Assembly (NCBI GenBank): GCA_965203515.1
Contig: OZ241907.1
Span: 3,392,001-3,456,000, forward strand
Direction: 5' to 3'
DNA length: 64,000 bases
Source of the DNA: Spirochaetia bacterium
GTDB taxonomy: Bacteria > Spirochaetota > Spirochaetia > SZUA-6 > Bin103
Numbering within the stretch: position 1 is the first letter of the stretch; the number at the start of each line of letters is the position of its first letter. Below, piece after piece: positions 17,545-26,917 of this stretch. Below the pieces are notes generated by a model. The model ran no database searches and was not told where the DNA came from. It saw only the letters and a program-made list of their open reading frames with translations. A program made the position numbers and the translations under genes.

Positions 17545-18768
17545 TCATGCGGCGTGCAGGTGGCTGAGCTTGTTGCCGTAGTAGGAGGCCAGGTGAGGGT
17601 GGTGGATGAATATCTCCCGGTCGTCGTACTCCAGGGTCCGGTACGACTTGGTGGCGATGATCGGAATGTGTGGGTAGTTGAACAGCTCCGCGGTGCGTTG
17701 CAGCAGCTCCTCCAGCGACTTGCGCTTGCCGTCCCGGTACAGCGGGCCGGTATCGAGGCCGGCTCCTTCGGCGGCGGTGATGGTCCGGTCGACGCGTTCC
17801 GCCAGCTCGGTGCGGGAGATGCGGAAGCGGTTGTCGAGCGACGCGAACACCGCCGTGCTCTCGTACACGCGGATCAGACGGGCGAGCCGTTCGTACACGG
17901 CGCGAGCCACCACCTTCGCGCGTGCGCGCAGGTCGGCGGCCATCGCCTCCCCGAACTTGATCACCACCCGCGAGCGCTGGTTGCGGATGCGCCGCGTGAT
18001 CGGCACGCGAATGAACGCGTAGTAGTTGTCATAGACGTACTTGGCAAACTTGCTCTGCCGCGGTCCGGCCCGGTAGGAGCGGAACACCAGGTCCTCCGGC
18101 ACCCGCTCGTAGGAGATGTTGATGGGAACGTAGCTCGCCCGTTCCATGCGCAGGTCGCGCAGGGCGTTGCGGACGGTCAGAAAGACCAGCGGCGACAACG
18201 GGTTCAGGCGGCCGGAATAGGAGCGGCCGTACTTCACCTCGCCGGTGAACTCGTCGGCCTCGTAGCCGGGGAACACCATGAGGTGCAGCCCGTCGCTGCT
18301 GAGCACCCGCTTGAGTTGATCGAGGTACAGGGCGTTGTACTGGTCGCGGGTCACGATCACCGGGCGGAAGCCGAGCGACTTGAGGATCAGGTTCGGGAAC
18401 CAGCGGCGCGCATGGAAGGCGTGCCGGTCGCGCACCACCATGAAGGCGCCGCACTTGCGCAGGAAGGTGTCGAGCGGCCCGATGAACAGGTTGTCCCCGG
18501 CCTGCACGGCGGCGCGGATGCCGTGCAGCGTCAGGTATGCCTGCAGCATCATCCAGTCGTACTCGCTCTGGTGGTTGGGGACGAAGACCAGCCGTTCGCC
18601 GGCTTCCGAGCGGCGCTTGGCTTCTTCCAGGCCCTCGATCTCGACCTCCGCGAAGCAGGAACTGAACAGGTGGCGGTCGACGCCGGCTGCCACGCGGTGC
18701 ACGTAGCGCTCGCTGCGCCGGTGGTGCAGCAGGTCGAGCAGCTCGGCCCGGCCGAGGTCGCTCCTCAC
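17545..18768 (-). CDS. Glycerol-3-phosphate/phospholipid acyltransferase (PlsB/PlsC superfamily)
   Basis: HX4D motif PNHQSEYD, AGDNL, GAFMVVR, GRSYSG, VPINISYE. Confidence 0.85.
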   Translation of the reverse strand: MRSDLGRAELLDLLHHRRSERYVHRVAAGVDRHLFSSCFAEVEIEGLEEAKRRSEAGERLVFVPNHQSEYDWMMLQAYLTLHGIRAAVQAGDNLFIGPLDTFLRKCGAFMVVRDRHAFHARRWFPNLILKSLGFRPVIVTRDQYNALYLDQLKRVLSSDGLHLMVFPGYEADEFTGEVKYGRSYSGRLNPLSPLVFLTVRNALRDLRMERASYVPINISYERVPEDLVFRSYRAGPRQSKFAKYVYDNYYAFIRVPITRRIRNQRSRVVIKFGEAMAADLRARAKVVARAVYERLARLIRVYESTAVFASLDNRFRISRTELAERVDRTITAAEGAGLDTGPLYRDGKRKSLEELLQRTAELFNYPHIPIIATKSYRTLEYDDREIFIHHPHLASYYGNKLSHLHAA

Positions 18769-18780
18769 CGCCGGCTCGCG

Positions 18781-20184
18781 CTACCGGCGCGGCCGGAAGA
18801 TGTGGGTGGCGGTGCCGAACAGGACCTCGCTCGCTTCCATCAGCGTCTCCGACAGCGTCGGATGCGGATGGATCGTCAAGCGCACGTCGGTGGCGACCGC
18901 CCCCATCTCGATCGCCAGCACCGCCTCCGCGATCAGCTCGCCGGCGCCGGGGCCGGCGATGCCGCAGCCGAGCACCCGGTCGGTGCCCGGGTCGACCAGC
19001 AGCTTGGTGAGTCCCTCCGAGCGGCCCAGGGTGGTCGCGCGGCCGGAGGCCGTCCACGGAAAGCGGCTCACCTGCACGTCGCGGCCGTGCGCCTTGGCCT
19101 CGGTCTCCGTCAGCCCGCACCAGGCGATCTCGGGATCGGTGAAGACCACTGCCGGAATCGCCTGCGGCTCGAAGGCGACCCGCCGGCCGGCCGCCGCCTC
19201 GGCGGCGACGCGCCCTTCGTGCGACGCCTTGTGCGCCAGCATCGGCTGCCCGGCCACGTCGCCGACCGCAAAGATCGCCCGGTCGCCGGTCCGTTGCTGA
19301 TCGTCGTGCTCGATGAACCCGTCCGCGCCGACCGCGGCGCCGGTCCGCTCCAGACCGAGGCCGCCGGAGTTCGGCACGCGGCCGACGCTCACCAGCATCC
19401 GGTCGTAGCGTTCGGCGCCGTCTGTCGCTCCCGACAGCGTCACCGCCAAGCCGTCGTCGGTCTCCGCGACGGCGTCGACGCGAGTGCCGGTATGGACCGC
19501 GGCGAGCGAGCCGCGCAGCCGGCGTTCCAGCACGCCGACCAGGTCGCGGTCGACCCCCGGCAGCAGGCCGTCGGTCATCTCCACCACGGTCACGGCGCTG
19601 CCGAGCGCCGCGTACGCGCTGCCCAGCTCCAGCCCGATGTAGCCGCCGCCGACCACCAGCAGCCGGCCGGGGACGTCCGGCAGCTCCAGCGCGGAGGTGG
19701 AATCGAGCACCCGGTCGGAGTCGAGGCTCAGCGCCGGCACCGTCGCCGGCCGCGATCCGGTAGCGATGATCGCGTGATCGAAGGCGACGCGCCGCTCACC
19801 GTCGGCGGTGCTCACGGCGATCTCGCGGGAGCCGGTGAAGCGGCCGCGACCCTGCACCAGGGTCACCTTGCGCTGCCTGGCCAGCGAGCCGAGCCCGCCG
19901 GTCATCCGGCTTACCACCGATCCCTTCCAGGCGCGCACCGCGTCCGGATCGATCTGCGGCTCGCCGAAGCGGACGCCCCATGCCTCCGCATCCCGTGCGT
20001 CGCCGATCACCTTGGCGACGTGCAGCAGCGCCTTGGACGGGATGCAGCCGCGATACAGGCAGACGCCGCCCGGGTTCGGCGCATCGTCGATCAGGGTCAC
20101 CGACAGCCCCAGGTCGGCTGCCAGAAAGGCGGCCGCATACCCTCCGGGGCCGCCGCCCAGTACCGCGAGCCGTTGCGCGCTCAC
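18781..20184 (-). CDS. lpdA: Dihydrolipoyl dehydrogenase
   Basis: GGGPGGY, GGVCLYRGCIPSK, GGGYIGLE, HPHPTLSE. Confidence 0.96.
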   Translation of the reverse strand: MSAQRLAVLGGGPGGYAAAFLAADLGLSVTLIDDAPNPGGVCLYRGCIPSKALLHVAKVIGDARDAEAWGVRFGEPQIDPDAVRAWKGSVVSRMTGGLGSLARQRKVTLVQGRGRFTGSREIAVSTADGERRVAFDHAIIATGSRPATVPALSLDSDRVLDSTSALELPDVPGRLLVVGGGYIGLELGSAYAALGSAVTVVEMTDGLLPGVDRDLVGVLERRLRGSLAAVHTGTRVDAVAETDDGLAVTLSGATDGAERYDRMLVSVGRVPNSGGLGLERTGAAVGADGFIEHDDQQRTGDRAIFAVGDVAGQPMLAHKASHEGRVAAEAAAGRRVAFEPQAIPAVVFTDPEIAWCGLTETEAKAHGRDVQVSRFPWTASGRATTLGRSEGLTKLLVDPGTDRVLGCGIAGPGAGELIAEAVLAIEMGAVATDVRLTIHPHPTLSETLMEASEVLFGTATHIFRPRR

Positions 20185-20196
20185 GCCGCCCTCGTC

Positions 20197-20237
20197 GCCG
20201 CCGGCGACCTTGCCACCGCCGGCGACCTTGCCACCGC
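20197..20237. repeat. 18-bp tandem repeat (about 2.3 copies) upstream of lpdA
   Basis: gccgccggcgaccttgcc accgccggcgaccttgcc accgc. Confidence 0.8.
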
Positions 20238-20397
20238 TTCGCCCAGCTTCGGTCGGATCATCGCGGTATCATCGCCGCGCGGCGCCGGCAGGGCAAGCCT
20301 GCCGGACAGCGCAGGGTGCCGGGCGGCGCAAAGGGCCGGCCGCGCAAGGTGCCGGGCCGCGCGAACGGTGGTATACTACCCGCAACCGGAGGACCCG

Positions 20398-20652
20398 ATG
20401 GTGACGATCATCCTGAGCATCGCGATCATGATCGCCGCCGCAGCCGCGCTGTCGCTCAAGGTGCTGCTCGGGCAGCAACGCGAGGTGAAGCGCTTTGGTT
20501 GCGGCAGCTTCGTTCCCATCGACCACGGCCGCGCGGCAGGCGCGTCCGCCACCTGCGGCGTGTGCGGCGCCCACGACGGGGAAGCGTGCCGGGTCGATGA
20601 CGACGCCCTGGCGGCCGATCGGACCGACCGCCCCGACTTCTCGCGCAACTGA
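20398..20652 (+). CDS. Small Cys-rich membrane protein resembling the NqrM (DUF539) family
   Basis: GGAGG SD and upstream TATACT; N-terminal TM, then VKRFGCG...TCGVCG....EAC. Confidence 0.6.
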   Translation: MVTIILSIAIMIAAAAALSLKVLLGQQREVKRFGCGSFVPIDHGRAAGASATCGVCGAHDGEACRVDDDALAADRTDRPDFSRN

Positions 20653-20695
20653 CGCACCCCGGACCGCGGCGGGTAGAATCGCGCCGGTACCGGCC

Positions 20696-22174
20696 GTGAC
20701 CGAATCTTCCGCATCGTCCCCGCCGCCGCCGTCCCCGCCGTCGCCGTCCCCGTCGGCCGCGCCTGCGGGGCGCTACCGCCGTGCGGTCGACCGTCTCATG
20801 CAGCTCGCCGACTTCGAGCGTGCCCGCCACAGCCCTGCGCACCGCACCTTCCGGCTCGACCGCATCCGCGCGCTCCTGCAGCGGCTCGGCGACCCGCACC
20901 TGTCGGTGCCGACGCTGCACGTCACCGGCACCAACGGCAAGGGCAGCACCTCGGCGATGCTCAGCTCGATGCTGCAGGCGCACGGCCTGCGCGTCGGGCT
21001 GTACACCTCTCCTCATCTGCTGCAGGTGACCGAACGGATCCGCCACGGTCTCGATCCGATCGAACCGGCCGGGTTCGCGCGCCTGGTCGACGCGGTCTGG
21101 GAACCGCTGCGGCAGGTCGCGCGGGACACGCCGTTCGGCGAACCGACCACGGTCGAGGCGCTTACCGCCATGGCGCTGCTCCACTTCCGGCAGGCCGGGG
21201 TCGACGCGCAGGTGATCGAGGTCGGTCTGGGCGGCGAGCTCGACTCCACCAACGTGGTGACGCCGTCGGTCTGCGCGATCACCAACATCAGCTTCGATCA
21301 CGTCGCCGTGCTCGGCCCCACGATCGAAAGCATCGCCCGCGCCAAGGCCGGCATCATCAAGCGGGGCGTACCGGTGGTGCTGGCCCCGCAGATGGAGGGG
21401 GCGCTGGAGGTCGTCCTGGGCGTGGCCGCCCGGCAGCGCGCGCCGGTGATCCAGGTCGGCGCCGGCGTCCGCTGGTCGGTCGACGACGACGCCGGCGACC
21501 GCCAGCGGCTGGACCGCCAGCGGCTGCAGGTGGAGACCCCGCGCGGACGCTACCGGATCGACCTGCCGCTCGCCGGCGACTACCAGGGAGAGAACGCCGC
21601 GGTGGCGGTCGCCGCCGGCGAGCTGTTCCTGGGAGAACGCCTCGATCCGCAGGCGGTGCGGCGCGGCTTGGCGGCCGTGCGCTGGCCGGGCCGGCTGGAG
21701 CGCCTGTGGTGGCGCGGCGTGCAGGTGATCGTCGACGGGGCGCACAGCCCGTACGCGATGCAGCGTATGGTGGGCGCGCTTGCCGGGCGGGTCGATCCGC
21801 AGCGCACCGTAGCGGTGGTCGGCGCCCTCACCGGCCACGACCTGGTGGAGACCTTGCAGCCGCTGCGCCGCCTCACCGGCCGCGCCTACGCGGTCCGGTC
21901 GCATCACCCGCGCGCCGAACCGGCGCAGGCGGTCGCCGCGGCGCTGCGACAGGAAGGGTTCGCGGTGCTGGGCGGCGGCGACGACATCGCCGCCGCCGCC
22001 GGCGCTGCGGCGGCCGGCGTCGGCGCCGACCGCCGGCCTCAGACCGTCATCGCCACCGGGTCGCTGTCGGTGGTCGCCGAGGTGATCGCCTGCGTGCGCG
22101 GCGTGCCGGTGGAGACCTATCCGACCATCCGCGGCCGCGCGCCGGACCGCGCCGCGCGGCCCGCTCCCCGATGA
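20696..22174 (+). CDS. folC: Folylpolyglutamate synthase/dihydrofolate synthase
   Basis: HVTGTNGKGST, YTSPHL, EVGLGGELDSTN, KAGIIK, WPGRLE, DGAH; start approximate. Confidence 0.93.
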   Translation: MTESSASSPPPPSPPSPSPSAAPAGRYRRAVDRLMQLADFERARHSPAHRTFRLDRIRALLQRLGDPHLSVPTLHVTGTNGKGSTSAMLSSMLQAHGLRVGLYTSPHLLQVTERIRHGLDPIEPAGFARLVDAVWEPLRQVARDTPFGEPTTVEALTAMALLHFRQAGVDAQVIEVGLGGELDSTNVVTPSVCAITNISFDHVAVLGPTIESIARAKAGIIKRGVPVVLAPQMEGALEVVLGVAARQRAPVIQVGAGVRWSVDDDAGDRQRLDRQRLQVETPRGRYRIDLPLAGDYQGENAAVAVAAGELFLGERLDPQAVRRGLAAVRWPGRLERLWWRGVQVIVDGAHSPYAMQRMVGALAGRVDPQRTVAVVGALTGHDLVETLQPLRRLTGRAYAVRSHHPRAEPAQAVAAALRQEGFAVLGGGDDIAAAAGAAAAGVGADRRPQTVIATGSLSVVAEVIACVRGVPVETYPTIRGRAPDRAARPAPR

Positions 22175-22196
22175 GCGCTGCGCTGCGGAGCCGCGC

Positions 22197-23435
22197 ATGA
22201 CCGCCTCGGCGATTCTGGCGCTCTATCTGACGCTGTTCGCGCTGCAGCGGGTGGTGGAGACCGGCCTGGGCATCCTCAACCTGCGCCACGGGCGCGCGCA
22301 GCGCGTCCCGCCGCCGGCGCTCGACGGGGCGGTGGACGGCGCCACCCACGCGCGCATGCGCGACTATGCGCAGGCGCGCGGCCGCTTCGCGCTGCTGGCC
22401 AACTCCGTTTCGGCGGCCGCGGTGCTGGCGGTGGCGCTGAGCGGCGTGCTCGGCGCCCTCGATGCCGCGGTGGGCCGGCTGGCGCTGCACCCCTATCTGG
22501 CGGGAGGGCTCTACGTGCTGGCCGTCGGCGCCTTCTTCAGCGCGCTGGGCATACCGACGGCGCTCTATTCGCAGTTCGTGATCGAGCAGCGCTTCGGCTT
22601 CAATCGGACGACGCTCCGGCTGTTCCTGCTCGATCGCCTGAAGGGCGGCCTCATCTCCCTGCTCCTCGGCGCGGTCGTGCTGCTGGTGCTGTTCGTCTTC
22701 ATGGACCGCGCCGGCAGCCTCTGGTGGCTGTACGCGGGCGGCGTCATCGTCGCCTTCCAGGTCGTGCTACTGGTGCTCTATCCCACCCTGATCGCGCCGC
22801 TGTTCAACCGCTTCGTCCCGATCGGCGAAGGCGAGGTGCGCGCGCGGCTGGCGGCGCTCGTCGGGCGGTTGGGCTATCGCCTGCGCGGCATCTTCGTGAT
22901 GGACGGCAGCAAACGCTCCCGGCACAGCAACGCCTATTTCACCGGGCTGGGGCCGGTGAAGCGGATCGTGCTGTTCGACACGCTGCTCGACCAGCTCGAC
23001 ACTGCCGAGATCGAGGCGGTGGTCGCGCACGAGATCGGCCACGAGCGGCTGCGGCACGTACCGCAGCGGCTGGCGCTGTCGGTGGCGGCGACCGGAGTCG
23101 GGCTCTGGATCCTGAGCCTGCTACTCGATTACGCGCCGCTGTTCGCGGCGTTCGGCGTGCGCGAGCCGAGCCACCACGCGGCGCTGGTGCTGTTCAGCCT
23201 GCTGGCCGGGCCGTTCACGTTCTGGCTGGGACCGCTGTCGGCGCTGTGGTCGCGCCGCCACGAGTACGCCGCCGACCGGTTCGCGGCGGCTTCGGTCGCG
23301 CCCGGGCCGCTGGCCGGCGCGTTGATCAAGCTGAGCCGGGACAACCTGGCAAACCTGTCCCCGCATCCCTGGTACAGCTTCTACCACTATTCGCATCCCA
23401 CCCTGGTCGAACGGCTGCAGGCGCTCCGGTCTTGA
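22197..23435 (+). CDS. M48 family (Ste24-type) membrane zinc metalloprotease
   Basis: Multiple TMs, EQRFGFN, DGSKRS.HSNAYF.G, AHEIGH (HExxH), EYAAD, YSHP. Confidence 0.93.
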   Translation: MTASAILALYLTLFALQRVVETGLGILNLRHGRAQRVPPPALDGAVDGATHARMRDYAQARGRFALLANSVSAAAVLAVALSGVLGALDAAVGRLALHPYLAGGLYVLAVGAFFSALGIPTALYSQFVIEQRFGFNRTTLRLFLLDRLKGGLISLLLGAVVLLVLFVFMDRAGSLWWLYAGGVIVAFQVVLLVLYPTLIAPLFNRFVPIGEGEVRARLAALVGRLGYRLRGIFVMDGSKRSRHSNAYFTGLGPVKRIVLFDTLLDQLDTAEIEAVVAHEIGHERLRHVPQRLALSVAATGVGLWILSLLLDYAPLFAAFGVREPSHHAALVLFSLLAGPFTFWLGPLSALWSRRHEYAADRFAAASVAPGPLAGALIKLSRDNLANLSPHPWYSFYHYSHPTLVERLQALRS

Positions 23436-23505
23436 CCGGCCGGCCATTTCCGTATTGAACTGCCGTAGTTGGCTGCCGTATTGGCTGCACGTCCTGAAAG
23501 AAGAG

Positions 23506-23579
23506 GGGCCCATAGCTCAGTCGGTTAGAGCGGCGGACTCATAATCCGTTGGTCCAAGGTTCAAGTCCTTGTGGGCCCA
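23506..23579 (+). tRNA. tRNA with CAT anticodon, probably tRNA-Ile2 (lysidine type); CCA not encoded
   Basis: GGGCCCA/TGGGCCC acceptor stem, TAGCTCAG..GGTTAGAGC D arm, GCGGA-CTCATAA-TCCGT anticodon arm, GGTTCAAGTCC T arm; lacks initiator features. Confidence 0.92.
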
Positions 23580-23592
23580 TGTCGTCCGTTTC

Positions 23593-23646
23593 GTCGGTCA
23601 AGGCCCCCGCGTCGGCCAAGGCCCCCGCGTCGGTCAAGGCCTCCGC
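23593..23646. repeat. 18-bp tandem repeat x3 immediately downstream of the tRNA
   Basis: gtcggtcaaggcccccgc / gtcggccaaggcccccgc / gtcggtcaaggcctccgc. Confidence 0.85.
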
Positions 23647-23723
23647 CTGCCGTGCGGGTCGCTGCGGTGCCTCACCGTCCTCCGGTCCGCCAGCCACGCA
23701 GTGAGCGGCCCGGCGTCGTGACC

Positions 23724-24737
23724 TCACCCCCCCCCCCCCCCCCCCCCCCCGGGGCCGGGGGGGGGGGGGGGGGACAGAAACTCGTGCCGGATCACCCGCA
23801 CCAGCGCGTCGTGCAGCGAGAACGGCGGCCGGAACCCGGTCGCCAGCGCCCGCTCGGCCGCGAACGTGGTGGTGCTGCAGAACTTCCTGATTCGGACGGC
23901 GCTGACCGGCAGCGTCCTGCCGGTCAGCGCCGCCGCCAGATCGCATGCCATGCCGCCCAGGTAGCCGAGCGCGTACGGCAGCCGGACGCCGACGTCCGGC
24001 GTCATGCCCAGCGCCTGTCGCGCGGTCTCCACCAGCTCCTGCATCGACAGGTCGGGCTTGTCCGCGTAGTTGAACAGGCGGGCGCCCGCTTGCCGGTCCA
24101 TGACCGCGACCAGGAACTCGGCCACGTTGCCGACGTAGGCCATGGACTTCCGGTTGAGGCCCGAGCCGATCATCAGGAACCGGCCGGTGCTGATCTGACG
24201 CATGAGCTGGTAGACGTTGCCGCGGTTCCCTTCGCCGAACACGACGGCCGGCCGGACGATCGCCAGCGACCGGTCCTTCGGCGCGTCCGCCTGCCAGGCG
24301 CGATGCACCTGCTCGGCGCGCAGCTTCGACCGGCCGTACGGGTTGAAGGGCGCCGGCGCGTGCAGCTCCGTCGCGTCCGGAGTGCCCATGGCGTACACGG
24401 ATACCGAGCTGGTGAAGACGATACGGTCGATCCCCAGGTCCCCGCAGGCGCCGCATATGTTGGCCGCGCCGGCGACGTTCACCTCTTCGTAGCGCGACAC
24501 CGGCTTGACGTCGTCCCGGTGGACCGCCGCCAGGTTGTAGACCGCCTCGGCCCCTTCCAGGGCGGCGGTCAACGCGGCCCGGTCGCGCACGTCCGCTCGC
24601 CGGTACGCGGCCGCATCGGCGAGGCCGTCGCCCGCAGCCGCGTCGACGACGGTGACCTCGTGCCCGGCGCCGCGCAGCGCGCACACCAGCCGCCGGCCGA
24701 TGAATCCGGCCCCTCCGACGATCGCTATCGCAGCCAT
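23724..24737 (-). CDS. NAD-dependent epimerase/dehydratase (nucleotide-sugar)
   Basis: GGAGFIG, NLAA, FTSS, YGRSK (YxxxK), RPAVVFGEGNRGN. Confidence 0.92.
   Translation of the reverse strand: MAAIAIVGGAGFIGRRLVCALRGAGHEVTVVDAAAGDGLADAAAYRRADVRDRAALTAALEGAEAVYNLAAVHRDDVKPVSRYEEVNVAGAANICGACGDLGIDRIVFTSSVSVYAMGTPDATELHAPAPFNPYGRSKLRAEQVHRAWQADAPKDRSLAIVRPAVVFGEGNRGNVYQLMRQISTGRFLMIGSGLNRKSMAYVGNVAEFLVAVMDRQAGARLFNYADKPDLSMQELVETARQALGMTPDVGVRLPYALGYLGGMACDLAAALTGRTLPVSAVRIRKFCSTTTFAAERALATGFRPPFSLHDALVRVIRHEFLSPPPPPGPGGGGGGGG
23727..23773. repeat. C24-GGGGCC-G17 homopolymer inverted repeat
   Basis: Direct count: C at 23727-23750, G at 23757-23773. Confidence 0.85.
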
Positions 24738-24803
24738 GACGTGCCGGTGTCAGCCGGCACCGTGCGCTTCATCAGGTCTGGCGGCGTGGTATTCTTGGTC
24801 CCG

Positions 24804-25592
24804 ATGGCCGCTCCGCTGGTATCCGTCATCATGCCCAGCTTCAATGCTGAGCGCTACGTCGCCGCATCGATCGATTCGGTCATCGCGCAGACGGTGGAGG
24901 ACTGGGAGCTGATCGTCGTCGACGATGCTTCCACCGACGCCACTACGGCCATCGTCGCCGCCTGTCAGCGGCGCGATTCCCGCATCCGTCTGCTCCCGCA
25001 GCGGACCAATCGAGGCGCCGCCGGCGCCCGCAACCTGGGGCTCGACCAGGCGCGGGGCGAGTGGATCGGCTTCATCGACAGCGACGACCTCTGGTATCCG
25101 CAGAAGACCGCCAAGCAGATAGCGGCCATGGAAGCCTCTCACGCGGACCTATCATACACCGGCTACGAGCGCCGGCGCTATGGCCGTCCGGCCGGCGCCA
25201 TCGTCTCCGTGCCCGATACGGTACGGTACGAGAAACTGCTCAGGCGCTGCCTGATCGCGTGCTCGACCGGGATGGTGCGGCGCGCCACCTGCGGCTCGGT
25301 GCGGATGCCGCCGATCAGGCGCCGCCAGGATCACGGCTACTGGCTGGAGTTGCTGCGCGACGGGTCCCGGACCGCGGTCGGCGTCGACGAGCCGCTGGTC
25401 TCGTACCGCGTGCATCGCGGCTCGCTCTCCGCCAACAAGCTGGTCGCCGCCGCGTATTCGTGGAAGCTGCTCCGGCAGGTCGAGCGCATTCCCTTCGACA
25501 AGGCGCTGTGGCACTTCGCCGGGTACGCGGCCGCAAACGTGATGTTTCGCCTCTCGATGGCGATGAAGCGGAAGACCGCTTCCGGCCGTTGA
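24804..25592 (+). CDS. GT2 glycosyltransferase (TuaG-like)
   Basis: VSVIMPSFN, IVVDDASTD, ARN, FIDSDDLW, RRQDHGYWL. Confidence 0.92.
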   Translation: MAAPLVSVIMPSFNAERYVAASIDSVIAQTVEDWELIVVDDASTDATTAIVAACQRRDSRIRLLPQRTNRGAAGARNLGLDQARGEWIGFIDSDDLWYPQKTAKQIAAMEASHADLSYTGYERRRYGRPAGAIVSVPDTVRYEKLLRRCLIACSTGMVRRATCGSVRMPPIRRRQDHGYWLELLRDGSRTAVGVDEPLVSYRVHRGSLSANKLVAAAYSWKLLRQVERIPFDKALWHFAGYAAANVMFRLSMAMKRKTASGR

Positions 25593-25605
25593 GCGGGCGG
25601 CCCGG

Positions 25606-26793
25606 TCAGGTCCCGTTCGCTGTCATGCGGCCGGCCAGGGCCGCCAGCGACCGCCGCAGATCGGCGGTGTCGCGGTCGGTGTGGGCGTATTCGGCGGGCG
25701 GCAGCGCCTGCATGTTCGCGCGCCACCGCCGCCAGTGCGCGACGGTAACGCCGCGCAGCTCGCCGGCCGCCCGGTCGACGTCGGCAGCCTTGATGACGAG
25801 CCCGAGGTCGTGCCGGCGCACCGCTTCCGCGTCGCCCGTGCCGGCCCTGACGATCAGCGGTTTCCTGAACAGGCACGCGTCGTAATAGCGGTTCGACCGC
25901 GACCATCCGTGCGGGACCTCGGGCCGATAGCACGCCATTACCATGTCGGCGCTTTCGAACAGCGCCGGCAGATCGTCGGGATGGCGGTACTCGCCCCGGT
26001 ACTCCAGGCCGGCGATGCGGTCTACCCGCTGCGCGAAGGAGTCGACGAACCGGCCCGGGATACCGGCCAGCAGGAACGCGAATCGGCCGGGAGCGGACCG
26101 CGCCAGCGCCTCGATCAGGCGCAACGACCATTCGTCCTTCAGGATGCCGAAGTAGCCGATGCGCAGCGGCCGGCCCGTGCCCGGCCCGAACGCCGGCACC
26201 GGACCGGACCCGCGCGCGCCGACCGCGGCGCTCGCTTCGACCGCGGCAGTCGCGCCGACTGCCGCGGCGAACGCCGGCTCCACCTTGTTTTCCACCACGA
26301 TGGCGGGCGTTTCGGTGCGCAGCCAGCCGCGATAGTACGCCAGATAGTGAGAGGAGGTGACCACCAGCAGCGCGCAGGCATCGAGCGCGCGCTTGTCCAG
26401 CGCCCGAAACAGTCGGCCGGTCAGACCGGGGGCCACCTGCAGGTCCCGGAGGTCCGCGATCTCGGCGACCACGCGGACCTTCAACCGCAGGCCGGCCGCC
26501 AGCGCCAGCATCAGCAGGTCGGCGCCGAACGCGTACACCAGGTCGTTGCGCCGCATCGCGGCGCGCACCCTGAACAGGCAGGTCAGGAGGCGCAGACCGC
26601 GCCGCAGATAGCGCCGATGGTCGACCCGCCCCAACGACTCGACGGGGCAGTCGAGGGCGCGCGCCGCAGCGCCGTAGCGTTCGAAGCCGATCGCCTCGAC
26701 CGCGAATCCGCTGCGCTGCAGCATGGCGACGCGCACGCCGTTGTGCGCGTCGGCCAGCGAGGACAGGACGCAGAGGATCCGGGGCGACGTCAT
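25606..26793 (-). CDS. Glycosyltransferase, GT-B type (succinoglycan ExoL-like)
   Basis: RVAML..G..V..GFER, VVAEIADL, LVVTSS, VVENKV, LRIGYFGIL, GEYRHPDDL, SNRYYDA. Confidence 0.75.
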   Translation of the reverse strand: MTSPRILCVLSSLADAHNGVRVAMLQRSGFAVEAIGFERYGAAARALDCPVESLGRVDHRRYLRRGLRLLTCLFRVRAAMRRNDLVYAFGADLLMLALAAGLRLKVRVVAEIADLRDLQVAPGLTGRLFRALDKRALDACALLVVTSSHYLAYYRGWLRTETPAIVVENKVEPAFAAAVGATAAVEASAAVGARGSGPVPAFGPGTGRPLRIGYFGILKDEWSLRLIEALARSAPGRFAFLLAGIPGRFVDSFAQRVDRIAGLEYRGEYRHPDDLPALFESADMVMACYRPEVPHGWSRSNRYYDACLFRKPLIVRAGTGDAEAVRRHDLGLVIKAADVDRAAGELRGVTVAHWRRWRANMQALPPAEYAHTDRDTADLRRSLAALAGRMTANGT

Positions 26794-26917
26794 CGGATCA
26801 GGCTCGCACCATACCACACGTATCGGGACGGCCGCCCCCGGCGAAGGTCGGCGCGCGGCGGCGGCGGACCGGCTATCATGCGCGTGATGACGAGGGCGCG
26901 CCGCGGCGGCATCGGTC

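Noticed and set aside
23506..23579. tRNA-Met or tRNA-fMet call
   Set aside because: Paired G1-C72 and no triple G-C anticodon stem rule out the initiator. The sequence resembles Ile2-type tRNAs, though elongator Met is not fully excluded without tRNAscan-SE.
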